DNA of 64,000 nt from Candidatus Saccharimonadales bacterium (GCA_036388415.1 DASVRW010000002.1:353396-417395); one strand, 5' to 3'. Counted from the stretch's first letter, positions 37,595 through 47,161 are shown. Made by a program: numbers and translations. Notes: generated by a model not told the origin, from the sequence alone.

Positions 37595-38572
37595 TTAGTT
37601 CTGCACTGGGTGTGGCTGGGATTCTAGGTATTCGCGGAGTTTGAGCGCTGCCGTGGCGCCTTCACCGGCTGCCGATGCAATTTGCATAGTCGCACCGCTG
37701 CGTATGTCTCCGGCTGCAAACACACCTGGCATCTGCGTCTGCATATGCTGATCAGTCAGAATGAAGCCAATTTCATCGAGCTTGACTTCTGATTTCTGCA
37801 GGAACTGTGAGTTTGGTGACAAGCCGACAAAAACAAATACGCCATCGGTCGGAAACTCTACTGTAGCGCCAGCTTCGTCACTACCCACCACTTTTGTAAC
37901 TTTATTATCTTCACCAGCAATCTCTTCTGTTTTAGTACCGAGATGTACCGTAATTTTGCCGGCGTCAACGTATTGCTGCAAATCTTTCTTCAATACATCG
38001 CTGGCTTTGATAGTCGAGCGAACCAGCAGGTCAATGTGTGATGCAAAGCGAGTTAGAAAAATAGCTTCTTGTACCGCTGAATTACCGCCGCCGACAACGA
38101 CCAAGCGCTTATCCCTATAAAAGGCACCGTCACAGGTAGCACAGTAATGGACGCCGCGCGCATAATATTCCAGTTCGCCGGGTACGTCGATTTTCTTATA
38201 ATCACTACCGGTAGCGATTAGCACCGCTCGCGCACGCATGTCACCGCTGGTTGTTTCTAGACGCTTGTAGGTACCCTCGTTAACGATCCGCGTTACTTCA
38301 CCAAGTTCAATGACAGCACCGAAGCGTTCAGCCTGTTCTTGCAGGTTGGTTGCCAGTTTCAGCCCTTCGATACCCGTTTGGAAGCCAGGATAGTTATCAA
38401 TCATGTCAGTTACAGCAGCCAGCCCACCGATAACCCCACGCTCAAAAAGCAGCGTTTCAATATCTTCGCGCGTGGTATAGATCGCTGCCGTCAAGGCCGC
38501 TGGCCCGGCGCCAATAATAATGACTTCGTGGGTTGGTATTTCAGTTGTCGTTGCACTGGTTGTTTCTGTCAT
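37595..38572 (-). CDS. trxB: Thioredoxin-disulfide reductase
   Basis: IIGAGPAALTAAIY, redox-active CATCDG, GGGNSAVQEA and AAGD. Confidence 0.9.
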   Translation of the reverse strand: MTETTSATTTEIPTHEVIIIGAGPAALTAAIYTTREDIETLLFERGVIGGLAAVTDMIDNYPGFQTGIEGLKLATNLQEQAERFGAVIELGEVTRIVNEGTYKRLETTSGDMRARAVLIATGSDYKKIDVPGELEYYARGVHYCATCDGAFYRDKRLVVVGGGNSAVQEAIFLTRFASHIDLLVRSTIKASDVLKKDLQQYVDAGKITVHLGTKTEEIAGEDNKVTKVVGSDEAGATVEFPTDGVFVFVGLSPNSQFLQKSEVKLDEIGFILTDQHMQTQMPGVFAAGDIRSGATMQIASAAGEGATAALKLREYLESQPHPVQN

Positions 38573-38640
38573 GCTAGTTGTCCTTTGTTGTAGTTGGTCA
38601 AAAAAATACTGTTGTTTCAGTTTACTAGCCGGGATATATC

Positions 38641-38889
38641 TTAAGCGACAGCCGGAGCCAATTTGGCAAGGTTGAATCCGACTATAACCTCGCGGGAGTT
38701 ATCGTCTTTCGTTACAACAGTTACTGGAACTGTCAGCGCACCGCTCAGCTCAAGCGCCTCAGCCTGGCGGTCAGGGTATTGATCAATATTGACTTCCTCG
38801 TATGCGTGTCCCTTTGCAGCGAGCCATTTTTTGACCATGACACAGTAGGCGCAGGTGTTAGTCGTAAAGATTGTAATATTTTTAGCCAT
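38641..38889 (-). CDS. NrdH/glutaredoxin-like small redoxin (CAYC)
   Basis: ITIFTTNTCAYCVMVKKWL ... VPVTVV; 82 aa. Confidence 0.7.
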   Translation of the reverse strand: MAKNITIFTTNTCAYCVMVKKWLAAKGHAYEEVNIDQYPDRQAEALELSGALTVPVTVVTKDDNSREVIVGFNLAKLAPAVA

Positions 38890-38905
38890 AAGAAGTTTCC
38901 TCCAT

Positions 38906-38919
38906 GCACATACATGTGC
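38906..38919. promoter_or_regulatory. 14-bp palindrome GCACATACATGTGC between a TATAAT (minus, 38933-38928) and the redoxin RBS
   Basis: Perfect 6+2+6 inverted repeat at about the predicted +1 of the redoxin-trxB transcript. Confidence 0.3.
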
Positions 38920-39014
38920 TTTTTTGTATTATACCGTACTTCGTACAGTATATATAGCGTTTATGCTATACACAATACGCTACATGTTGTGTTTTTTTCC
39001 AATATTCCCTCGAT

Positions 39015-39371
39015 TTACGCGTCGATTTGTACCAGCTCTATATCGAACACGAGATCAGCATCAGCCGGTATACCTGAGCCGGGAGGAGGCGTCGAGCCGT
39101 ATGCCTGAGCTGCCGGTATCAGCAGACGGCGTACACCGCCGACTTTCATACCTGGGACGCCGTCAGTCCAGCCCTTGATAACTTGATGCAGCCCGAATGA
39201 TATTGGACGACCAAACTCTTTGGAGCTTTGAAAAACAACTCCGGTTGCAGCAACGGCACCGGTGTAGTGAGCCGTGATGGTTGCGCCTGGCTGTACTTCA
39301 TCGCCGGAACCTTCGCGTATATCAATTTTTGTGAGTTCAGCTACGTGATCGATGGGGGTGAAATTATCCAT
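39015..39371 (-). CDS. FKBP-type peptidyl-prolyl cis-trans isomerase (cytoplasmic)
   Basis: HYTG...G..FQSS...P..F.LG..QVIKGW..G..GMKVGG.R.L.IP..AYG. ATG 39371 has AAGGAG upstream. Confidence 0.85.
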   Translation of the reverse strand: MDNFTPIDHVAELTKIDIREGSGDEVQPGATITAHYTGAVAATGVVFQSSKEFGRPISFGLHQVIKGWTDGVPGMKVGGVRRLLIPAAQAYGSTPPPGSGIPADADLVFDIELVQIDA

Positions 39372-39414
39372 GTGTGTCTCCTTAATCAAATTTATATATG
39401 GGCTACAGAACGGA

Positions 39415-39960
39415 TTACTGGGCTACCTTTTGTAGCGTAATATCAAACACCAGGTCAGAATTGGCTGGAATACTTCCGGTTGCCTGCTCACCGTACGCCT
39501 GAGCAGCTGGAATGACCAAACGGCGCTTGCCACCTTCTTTCATACCAATCATGCCGGTTTGCCAGCCTGGTATCACTTCACTGAGCTTCCTCGTAAACGG
39601 CTGGCCTGCATCGAGTGAACTCTCAAAAATAGTACCGTCCTTGGCGAGGGCGCCGGTATAATCAGCAGTGATAGTATTGTCAACGGAAGTGATTTCAGCA
39701 CCCGTTCCTGGCGTGAGGTCCGTTGATTGGATTTCAGTTACTGACGCTACTGGCGTAAATCCGGCAAGTTTCGTACCTTGTAGCTTGCCTGCTTGAGGCT
39801 TCTGATCTGTTACTGCCGTATTAGCCGTCTGTTTCTTTTGATTATTCTCTTGTATGATCTGTGCGATGACAACAACCGTCAGCGCTATCGATGTTACAAA
39901 AAATAATATGGCACCACTGAGCGCAAATGCCCGGTCCCGTACTTCCTTAAAATCAGCCAC
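39415..39960 (-). CDS. FKBP-type peptidyl-prolyl isomerase with N-terminal membrane anchor
   Basis: Same FKBP motifs after one TM (ILFFVTSIALTVVVIAQII). GTG start with AAAGGGGAG upstream. Confidence 0.8.
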   Translation of the reverse strand: MADFKEVRDRAFALSGAILFFVTSIALTVVVIAQIIQENNQKKQTANTAVTDQKPQAGKLQGTKLAGFTPVASVTEIQSTDLTPGTGAEITSVDNTITADYTGALAKDGTIFESSLDAGQPFTRKLSEVIPGWQTGMIGMKEGGKRRLVIPAAQAYGEQATGSIPANSDLVFDITLQKVAQ

Positions 39961-40080
39961 TGTGCTCCCCTTTCTTACATTGTTACTACATCTATCGTTA
40001 CCCTAACTGCAGACAATTCTACCATATCACTCCCCTATCATTCTATGGGCTGACGGTCAGCCGGTCTTCAAACGATCGTT

Positions 40081-41865
40081 TTAGGCTGCGATATCAAACT
40101 CTTTGAGCTTTTTGTCGCGAGCTTTGCCGCTGCTGTACTGCTGTAGTTCAAGTAGTTTTGCATAGACGCCACCTGACTGAGCTAGTTCAGCTGGAGAGCC
40201 GGATTCATCAACCGTACCGCCTTTGATCGTTACAATCTGGTCAACATGCTGTATGGTACTGAGCCGGTGGGCAATGATGATCGTCGTGCGATGTTCCATC
40301 AGCCGCTCCAAGGCTTCCTGTACCAGCAACTCACTTTGGCTATCAAGGCTGCTGGTCGCTTCATCGAGCACCAGGATGGGCGCGTCTTTCAGAATTGCGC
40401 GAGCTATAGCAATGCGCTGTTTCTGACCGCCGCTCAGTCGGAGACCACGCTCACCAATTTCTGTCTTATATCCGTCAGCTAGTTTCTCGATAAATTTATG
40501 GGCATTTGCTGCTTTGGCGGCTGCAATTATTTGATCGTTGCTCGCTTCTGGATTGCCGTACGCGATGTTTTCCTGAATCGTACCACTAAACAGCGCCGGC
40601 TCCTGAAATACGACGGCAACCGACGCCCGCAGGCTGGACTGAGTAACATGTTTGATATCCTGGCCGTCAACCGATACTATGCCGTCATCTGCCGTATACA
40701 GCCCAAGCAAGATACTTGAAATCGTTGTTTTGCCTTCGCCGCTCTGGCCAACCAAAGCGACTTTGCTATTGGGCTGTACCTTGAAACTTACGTTTTGTAG
40801 CACCGGTACACCGTCTTTATAGGCGAAGTTAACCTTATCAAACGTCACGGCAGCCCGGTCGACCTGCAATTGTTTCGCATCATCGCTATCAATCCGCTCG
40901 AGTGGTTCGTCCATAACTTCAAAATAATCCCGGCTATTACTTATAGCGCGCTGCGTCTGATCGACAAGATAGCTGATACTAAACAGCGGTATGCGGATAA
41001 GCTGCATGTATTGTATGAGCAGCACCATAACGGCGATGCTATAGGTACCACGGGCAGTTTCGACGAATATATAGGCATAGAGCGCAAAACTGATTACCGC
41101 CAGCACGCTACGTCGGAATATATCCTGCTTATGCCAGTACTTACTCTGTGGGTTGGTGGTTTTGACAACCCGGCGCATAAGACGGTCGAAGTAGCCCAGC
41201 TCCAGTTCCTCACGGACAAAACTTTTGACAACCTTGATTTGACTGACCCCCTCAGCAAACCGTCCGCTGGCCACATCAAGATCGGTATTGATAGACTTCT
41301 GGTATTCCTGCCAGGTGCTGCTGGAGCGTGCCGTCAGCCAGATAAATACTGGGTAGAGTGAAGCCAGCATCAACGCCACCGGCCAGGCAAAGTACGCCAC
41401 GATCGCCAGTGTGAAAACTGTGCTGAATATAAACTGCAAGAAGTTGTTGCTCAATGTCTGCGTATAGGATGTAATCTGGTCAATACCGCGGCTCATGCGG
41501 TTGATAATCTTGCCGGACAATTCGCGGTCAAAGTAGTGCTGCGGCAGTCCGAGAATATGCGCATAATATTTCTGGCTGAGTAGCCGGCGCTGCTTGGCAG
41601 CCAGTAAATCGCCGAAGTACCCGCCGACATTACTAAAGATAGTCTGGGCGATATCTGTCAGGAATATCAATGCCGCAATGATAGCTACGTACCGGACATT
41701 TGCGTTTTGTACGCCGCCCGCTTCAGTTATCTGATCGATTGCCGCTTTGGTCAATAATGGTGTCAACTGAGAAAGAATAGCAATCAAGATTGTGAAAACT
41801 GAAACAGCAATATAATAGCGCTTCAGCTCGCTAGTAAAGCTAATAATTCGCCATATACTTTTCAT
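40081..41865 (-). CDS. ABC exporter, fused permease/ATPase (MsbA/MdlB-like)
   Basis: Six-TM N-terminal half, Walker A GQSGEGKTT, signature LSGGQKQR and Walker B ILVLDEATS. Confidence 0.88.
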   Translation of the reverse strand: MKSIWRIISFTSELKRYYIAVSVFTILIAILSQLTPLLTKAAIDQITEAGGVQNANVRYVAIIAALIFLTDIAQTIFSNVGGYFGDLLAAKQRRLLSQKYYAHILGLPQHYFDRELSGKIINRMSRGIDQITSYTQTLSNNFLQFIFSTVFTLAIVAYFAWPVALMLASLYPVFIWLTARSSSTWQEYQKSINTDLDVASGRFAEGVSQIKVVKSFVREELELGYFDRLMRRVVKTTNPQSKYWHKQDIFRRSVLAVISFALYAYIFVETARGTYSIAVMVLLIQYMQLIRIPLFSISYLVDQTQRAISNSRDYFEVMDEPLERIDSDDAKQLQVDRAAVTFDKVNFAYKDGVPVLQNVSFKVQPNSKVALVGQSGEGKTTISSILLGLYTADDGIVSVDGQDIKHVTQSSLRASVAVVFQEPALFSGTIQENIAYGNPEASNDQIIAAAKAANAHKFIEKLADGYKTEIGERGLRLSGGQKQRIAIARAILKDAPILVLDEATSSLDSQSELLVQEALERLMEHRTTIIIAHRLSTIQHVDQIVTIKGGTVDESGSPAELAQSGGVYAKLLELQQYSSGKARDKKLKEFDIAA

Positions 41866-41998
41866 CGTTATCTACAGTATAGCGGTGACAGGGTAAGTCA
41901 TGAAACAAAATACTTTGCTTATGGCACAAATTGTTCTATAACTGTATGCATGTCTCCGGGACCGTCCCGTGATGACACGCACCTCAGAGGAGTTACAC

Positions 41999-43084
41999 AT
42001 GTCCACGAAGAGTGACCGCGAGAGCAATGCACTGCTCATCGGCTGTATCGTCGGTATTGCTTCACCGATGCTGTACGCCCCGCTTCTGAAGTGGATCGTA
42101 CCAGGAATGCCCTGGTTCGGTGCAGCAAGTGCAACGACCACCGCGCTCATTCTGTCAGCCGTGACAGGTCTATGGGCTGGGCGTATGCAGTTGAGGGAAT
42201 GGACCGACTTGTTCGGGCGCCGTACCGATATAGCTAGCGATCAGCCTAAACAAGATCGTCAGAGCACGGTGATCGCTTGGCTGTTCGTGATGACGGCGTC
42301 CGCAGCTCTGATCGGACTGGGTCTGATTTGGACTCCAGCAATGCCGTTCGCGGTCCTGCTAACTGTGCTGCTGTTCGTGACCCCGATCCTGTTGGGATTC
42401 CTGCGCGGATCGATCGAGGAAGCCGAGAGGGCTACGATCGAGAAGCATCTGAAGCCTGTCAAGCCAAGCGCTCGTCTCGCCAAGATCATTCCACCGGCTG
42501 AGACGATCAGAGTAGATGTACACAGACATCCTGTGTACATCTCTCCCTACGTTCTGCTCATGCTAGCGGCCTTGGTCGCTGCGCATCTGATCGGACGTGC
42601 CGTCGACAACGTGGTGGTATCCCTTGCAATACTAGGGACCGCTACAGCCTTCACGTCATGGAAGGTCTTGGGCTGGTACCGGACCCGTCTGGTCATCACG
42701 CTCTGGCGATATCTGGAGATCAGCGGAATACTTCGGACGAAGTCGCCTGGCTCTGCTGTCAAGACTTTCACCGATCTCACAGTCTACGTCCCGTTCTGGT
42801 CACATGTCTTGGCTGGAATGCGAATCATCTCCGTTCCGTATGGAGATCTCAGAGTGGAGACACCGGGGCAGGAACAGGGCATAACCCTTGTGAAAGGAGT
42901 ACCGGGAGTAACACCCATCAACCTGATCCTGGTCAGCGAAGCCTTCGCCCCGGCTCAGGTCGAGAAAGTCGATGATGCAGAAGATGACCCGATCGACGAG
43001 CTCGAGCATGATGCCGTCGAACCGGAGGAACCAACTTCAGAGTCCGCACCTGATACATGGCCTTTCCCTCCAACGAAGGAGTAA
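41999..43084 (+). CDS. High-GC membrane protein with bacterial PH-like (DUF304/bPH_2-like) region and acidic tail
   Basis: ATG 41999 is preceded by GAGGAG. Several TMs, then a TM hairpin plus RTRLVITLWRYLEISG...DLRVETPG, resembling membrane-flanked PH domains. Hand-counted GC is 57-60%. Confidence 0.55.
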   Translation: MSTKSDRESNALLIGCIVGIASPMLYAPLLKWIVPGMPWFGAASATTTALILSAVTGLWAGRMQLREWTDLFGRRTDIASDQPKQDRQSTVIAWLFVMTASAALIGLGLIWTPAMPFAVLLTVLLFVTPILLGFLRGSIEEAERATIEKHLKPVKPSARLAKIIPPAETIRVDVHRHPVYISPYVLLMLAALVAAHLIGRAVDNVVVSLAILGTATAFTSWKVLGWYRTRLVITLWRYLEISGILRTKSPGSAVKTFTDLTVYVPFWSHVLAGMRIISVPYGDLRVETPGQEQGITLVKGVPGVTPINLILVSEAFAPAQVEKVDDAEDDPIDELEHDAVEPEEPTSESAPDTWPFPPTKE

Positions 43085-43095
43085 CTACCTACGTG

Positions 43096-43165
43096 GTGCG
43101 AACGGTCCTGGTGGCGAAGATTTTTGAGTCCCTTCGGGATTCTCATCGCCATCAGGACCACGCAC
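43096..43165. other. 70-nt extended imperfect hairpin in the convergent gap before pheT
   Basis: Nested pairings GTGCG/CGCAC, GGTCCTG/CAGGACC, GTGGCGA/TCGCCAT (one G.U pair) and an inner GAGTCC/GGATTC stem. Confidence 0.45.
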
Positions 43166-43185
43166 AACTTTATCCTAGAACCACA

Positions 43186-45786
43186 TTACACTCGTACAGC
43201 GCCAAACCTATCGGCTGCTGCCTGGGCAACGCCATCGAGTAGAACGCTCACTTCTTTATCGGTCATCGTTTTATCAAATGAGGCAATACTTATCCTAAAG
43301 GTAACTTGCTTGTTCTCGGCATCATCTGAGCGCTGATAGATATCAAGCGGTGTTAGCATAAAATTCATCTTAGCGGACGGCTGCCGGGCATGAAGTGACT
43401 GGTATATCACGTCGTGGAGCGGCTGATATTGCTGCCCAGCGGAGACGCGCAGGCTGATGTCCTGTGAAACTTTAGGAAAACGTGACTGAGTAACGTAACG
43501 TGTTCGGCTCTCAGAGCTCAGACTGTCTGTAGCGAGTTCAAATCCAGCACTGTAGCGCGGCAGTTTGAAAGCCTTCTGGACGCTCAGCTTATATTCACCG
43601 ACAATCCCGACAATCTCATCATTTTGAATGAGGACAGCTGAGCGAGAAGCGTCAAACGGCGCTGCCAATTGTTCCAGCAATGTACCGTTCCCATTTGTTA
43701 CTTGGCTAAGCGGTTGGAGCATCAAAGACACTTCGTCGGCTTGAGTTAGCGCCGACAAGTATTTACGTGCTTGGTAATAGGCTGCGCCGCTGTATGATTT
43801 CTGAGCTTTTTTGTCATCGGCTACAAAGACACAGGCTAAGCGGTTGGATTCTTTTGGCAAACTATCTTCATCCGTTTCACCGACGGCGTGTACTTTCCCT
43901 ATTTCAAAAATTGCGAATGCGTCATAGCCGGATTTGATATTGGCATGAACTTTGTCGAGTAAGCTCGGCGTCAGGCTGAGACGGTAATACTGCAGATCAG
44001 GGCTGAGAGCATTGCTGAGTTTGTATGCAAATGCTTTGTTTTGTTCTGATTTATCGATCGTATTGCCGTGAACAAAACTATATGACAGCACCTCATTGGC
44101 ACCGGCTGCCTTGAGTACATTTCTAATATAATATTGTTTTTCAAACGGCATGCATTTGTGGGCTGGCATCAATGCTCGAAGCGGTAGGTCGAGAGGAAGA
44201 CGGTCATACCCATACAGGCGACCTATTTCCTCGACAATATCTTCCGGAATCTCGATGTCAGTACGCCAAAATGGCGCCCGGACAGTTAGGACATTGTCTG
44301 ACAGCTGTACATCGAATTCGACTGCTTGCAGTAAGCCTGCCATGTCTTCACCACTGAGCTGGACGCCTAACCGTTCGGTGACAAATGCGGTCGGTATGGT
44401 CACGTCAGGATACAAAGCTTTGTTTTCCATCACCCTAGACTCAAGATGATTATCATCCACCAGCTCGCCTGCCACGCGGCCGCCAGCAATCTGCTGCAAG
44501 CCCTCGATGATGTGGCCGAGCACCGCTAGGTTCTGCAACGGGCTTTGGCCTTTGTTGAAGCGAGTGACGGCGTCGCTGAATAGCCCATGTGCCATGGAGG
44601 TTCGGCGAATTGAATACATATCGAAGCTAGCGCATTCCAGAATGATATTGCGGGTTGAGGCGTCAACTTCCGTATCAGCGCCGCCCATGACGCCGCCGAG
44701 TCCAATAGCTCTGCCAGCACTAGTAATCAAGATGGCTTCACTGCGTGGTTCAATCGTTTTGCCGTTTAGCAGCTTCAGTGTCTCTCCAGTATTTGGCTGG
44801 CGAATAACGATAGTTGCGTGATCCGCTCCTTCGTCCTGAGCCACGACTTTGTCATAGTCATAGGCATGCAGCGGTTGCCCCGTGAGCAGCATGTGATAAT
44901 TCGTCAAATCAACGACATTGTTGATCGGACGCATGCCGAGGCGAGACAGCTCGACTTGCAGCCACACTGGACTTGGCCCAACTGTAATGCCAGACATCGG
45001 CACAGCTACAAAGCGCGGTACCAGACCCGGCACTTCATTGCGAATGTCGATACGCAGACTACTATCTGCAGATGTATCTACAGGTGCATCAGCAAGGTAC
45101 CAGGCGGGACTGGTGTACTTCTGACCTTGTATGCCAGCAATCTCACGGGCTACGCCGAGAATCCCAAAGCAATCCGGACGATGCGTAAACATTTTATTTT
45201 CCATATCGATAACGACGTCATCCCGCAGGCCGTATTTATCAGCAAACATCGTGCCGGGAGCAACCTCTTCGTCGATTTCGAGTATACCGTCATGATTGTC
45301 CCCCAAGGCAAGTTCCTGAGGACTGGCCAACATGCCGTGGCTGACTTCACCGCGCAGTTCGCGGACTGATAGGACAAATGGATCAGTGTCGTAACTGCTG
45401 GGCACGGTAGATCCTGGCGGCAACCATGCGACTAACATGCCAGCCCGTACATTGGGGGCACCGCATACCACCTGCACATAGCCATTACCGTCTCGCTTGA
45501 CATCGGGTGTATTACTACTGTTGTCAAGGCTTATGTTCGCTCGGGTGTTAAATCCGTCATCAATGGTGCAAATACTGAGGTGGTCAGAGTTTTCGTGCTT
45601 ACGGCAATCAACAATACGAACGATAATGACGTCAGCATATTTTTTGCCGATGGCAACGACCTCTTCGACTGCTGCTAGCTGTGCACCGATTCGCTCTACG
45701 AGCACTTCTACGCCGTCCAGGGCTGGATCACCGGCGCAACCATAACGTTCATTAAATGCTCGGATAGCATTAACACTTATTTTCAT
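43186..45786 (-). CDS. pheT: Phenylalanine--tRNA ligase beta subunit
   Basis: 866 aa with a tRNA-binding OB N-terminus, B3/B4 and B5 regions and a C-terminal FDX-ACB-like end. Confidence 0.92.
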   Translation of the reverse strand: MKISVNAIRAFNERYGCAGDPALDGVEVLVERIGAQLAAVEEVVAIGKKYADVIIVRIVDCRKHENSDHLSICTIDDGFNTRANISLDNSSNTPDVKRDGNGYVQVVCGAPNVRAGMLVAWLPPGSTVPSSYDTDPFVLSVRELRGEVSHGMLASPQELALGDNHDGILEIDEEVAPGTMFADKYGLRDDVVIDMENKMFTHRPDCFGILGVAREIAGIQGQKYTSPAWYLADAPVDTSADSSLRIDIRNEVPGLVPRFVAVPMSGITVGPSPVWLQVELSRLGMRPINNVVDLTNYHMLLTGQPLHAYDYDKVVAQDEGADHATIVIRQPNTGETLKLLNGKTIEPRSEAILITSAGRAIGLGGVMGGADTEVDASTRNIILECASFDMYSIRRTSMAHGLFSDAVTRFNKGQSPLQNLAVLGHIIEGLQQIAGGRVAGELVDDNHLESRVMENKALYPDVTIPTAFVTERLGVQLSGEDMAGLLQAVEFDVQLSDNVLTVRAPFWRTDIEIPEDIVEEIGRLYGYDRLPLDLPLRALMPAHKCMPFEKQYYIRNVLKAAGANEVLSYSFVHGNTIDKSEQNKAFAYKLSNALSPDLQYYRLSLTPSLLDKVHANIKSGYDAFAIFEIGKVHAVGETDEDSLPKESNRLACVFVADDKKAQKSYSGAAYYQARKYLSALTQADEVSLMLQPLSQVTNGNGTLLEQLAAPFDASRSAVLIQNDEIVGIVGEYKLSVQKAFKLPRYSAGFELATDSLSSESRTRYVTQSRFPKVSQDISLRVSAGQQYQPLHDVIYQSLHARQPSAKMNFMLTPLDIYQRSDDAENKQVTFRISIASFDKTMTDKEVSVLLDGVAQAAADRFGAVRV

Positions 45787-46109
45787 GATTTTGGCTCATC
45801 AATTCGCTTAGTAATCGTATCCATCGTACCTAAAAACTCTTTTTCCAGATCGATGCCATAATGATTGGCAATCACAAATAGAGACCATAGACAATCAGCC
45901 AGTTCATGGCCGAGCTTGGCGTCGACGTCACTGATACCGCGCAGATTTTCTTTGGCCATAACCAGCTTCATGAGATCGCCGAAGTCACCGCCGAATCCCA
46001 TAGCGTAATCGCGGATGCGCCAGGCTTCAAGGCCGTTTTTGGCATTTGATTCTTCATATTTCTGTCGAATCTCTTCGGCGCGCCGCATCAAATCTTGTAT
46101 GTCACTCAT
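45783..46109 (-). CDS. MazG-like nucleotide pyrophosphohydrolase-fold protein
   Basis: LGHELADCLWSLFVIANHYGIDLEKEF is the typical MazG second helix pair. ATGA overlaps with pheS (46106-46109) and pheT (45783-45786). Confidence 0.7.
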   Translation of the reverse strand: MSDIQDLMRRAEEIRQKYEESNAKNGLEAWRIRDYAMGFGGDFGDLMKLVMAKENLRGISDVDAKLGHELADCLWSLFVIANHYGIDLEKEFLGTMDTITKRIDEPKS

Positions 46110-47161
46110 GAAAATTGCCTCAAAAAATCTAATTTACCTGATTCAAAATGCCGGACATCCTCGATATTATATTTCATCATGACCAGCCGTTCGATGCCGC
46201 CGCCCCAGGCAAAGCCGGTGTATACAGTCGGGTCGATCCCGGCTTCGCGCAGTACGTTCGGATGAATCATACCGCAGCCGAGCAGCTCGATCCAGCCGGA
46301 CTGGCTGCAGATACTACAGCCTTGCTTGTTGCAGAACGGGCAGCTCATGGCAAATTCAAATGACGGTTCGGTAAATGGGAAATAGAATGGCTGTGTCTTG
46401 ATGTCGAGTTCTTTTTGGTAATAAGCTTGCAGAAAGGTTTTGAGTGTTGCCATCAGATGGCCGACGTGGACGCCTTTGTCGACATAGATGCCTTCGTACT
46501 GATAAAACGTATGCTCATGCCTGGCATCCAGGTCTTCATTGCGAAATACGCGGTCCGGAATCACGACAGCAATCGGCTGACCGCTGCGCAAACCGTCAGC
46601 GTACTCGCGTAGTATACGGTGCTGCATGGTGCTGGTATGAGCCGGCGCGATCAGCCGCTTGCCGTTGCCGTCAGTTTGTTCGGTCATAAATGTGTCGTAG
46701 TCATCGCGAGCCGGATGGCCTTCCGGGAAATTGAGCGCACCGAACATATGATAGTCATCGTCTATTTCCCGCGATTCGGACGCAGTAAATCCCATGCGGT
46801 AAAAGATGTCGAGCATAATCTGACGTTCGCGCATCAGCGGGTGCGCCGAGCCAACTTCACTGCTTAGCAGATGTGGCCGACAATCCGCCGGTACATTCAT
46901 ATCAAACGGCGCAGTGACATCGATCGGTGGCAATGCTTCGGCCTGCTCCTGCTGCGCCGAGACAAGCGCCTGCAGCTCCTGCTTCAGCTGGTTTAATTCT
47001 TTGCCGAACGAACCGCGCTCTTCCGGCGCAAGCGTTGCAATCTCGCCGTACAGTGCTCGAAGCTCAACTGCCTTCAATATATCTTCCTTGACTGCGAGTG
47101 TCTGAAAACGGTCATGTAGCAAAGCGGCTGTTTCAGCGATTTTCAGATTTTGATAGGTCAT
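46106..47161 (-). CDS. pheS: Phenylalanine--tRNA ligase alpha subunit
   Basis: HPARD, FRNE and FYFPFTEPSFE class II motifs. ATG 47161 (MTYQNLKI) is preferred to the upstream alternative start. Confidence 0.92.
   Translation of the reverse strand: MTYQNLKIAETAALLHDRFQTLAVKEDILKAVELRALYGEIATLAPEERGSFGKELNQLKQELQALVSAQQEQAEALPPIDVTAPFDMNVPADCRPHLLSSEVGSAHPLMRERQIMLDIFYRMGFTASESREIDDDYHMFGALNFPEGHPARDDYDTFMTEQTDGNGKRLIAPAHTSTMQHRILREYADGLRSGQPIAVVIPDRVFRNEDLDARHEHTFYQYEGIYVDKGVHVGHLMATLKTFLQAYYQKELDIKTQPFYFPFTEPSFEFAMSCPFCNKQGCSICSQSGWIELLGCGMIHPNVLREAGIDPTVYTGFAWGGGIERLVMMKYNIEDVRHFESGKLDFLRQFS

Noticed and set aside
39015-39960. Tandem FKBP paralogues as something special.
   Set aside because: One soluble and one membrane-anchored FKBP side by side is a plain duplication with a compartment split. 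Nothing further is anomalous in the sequence.
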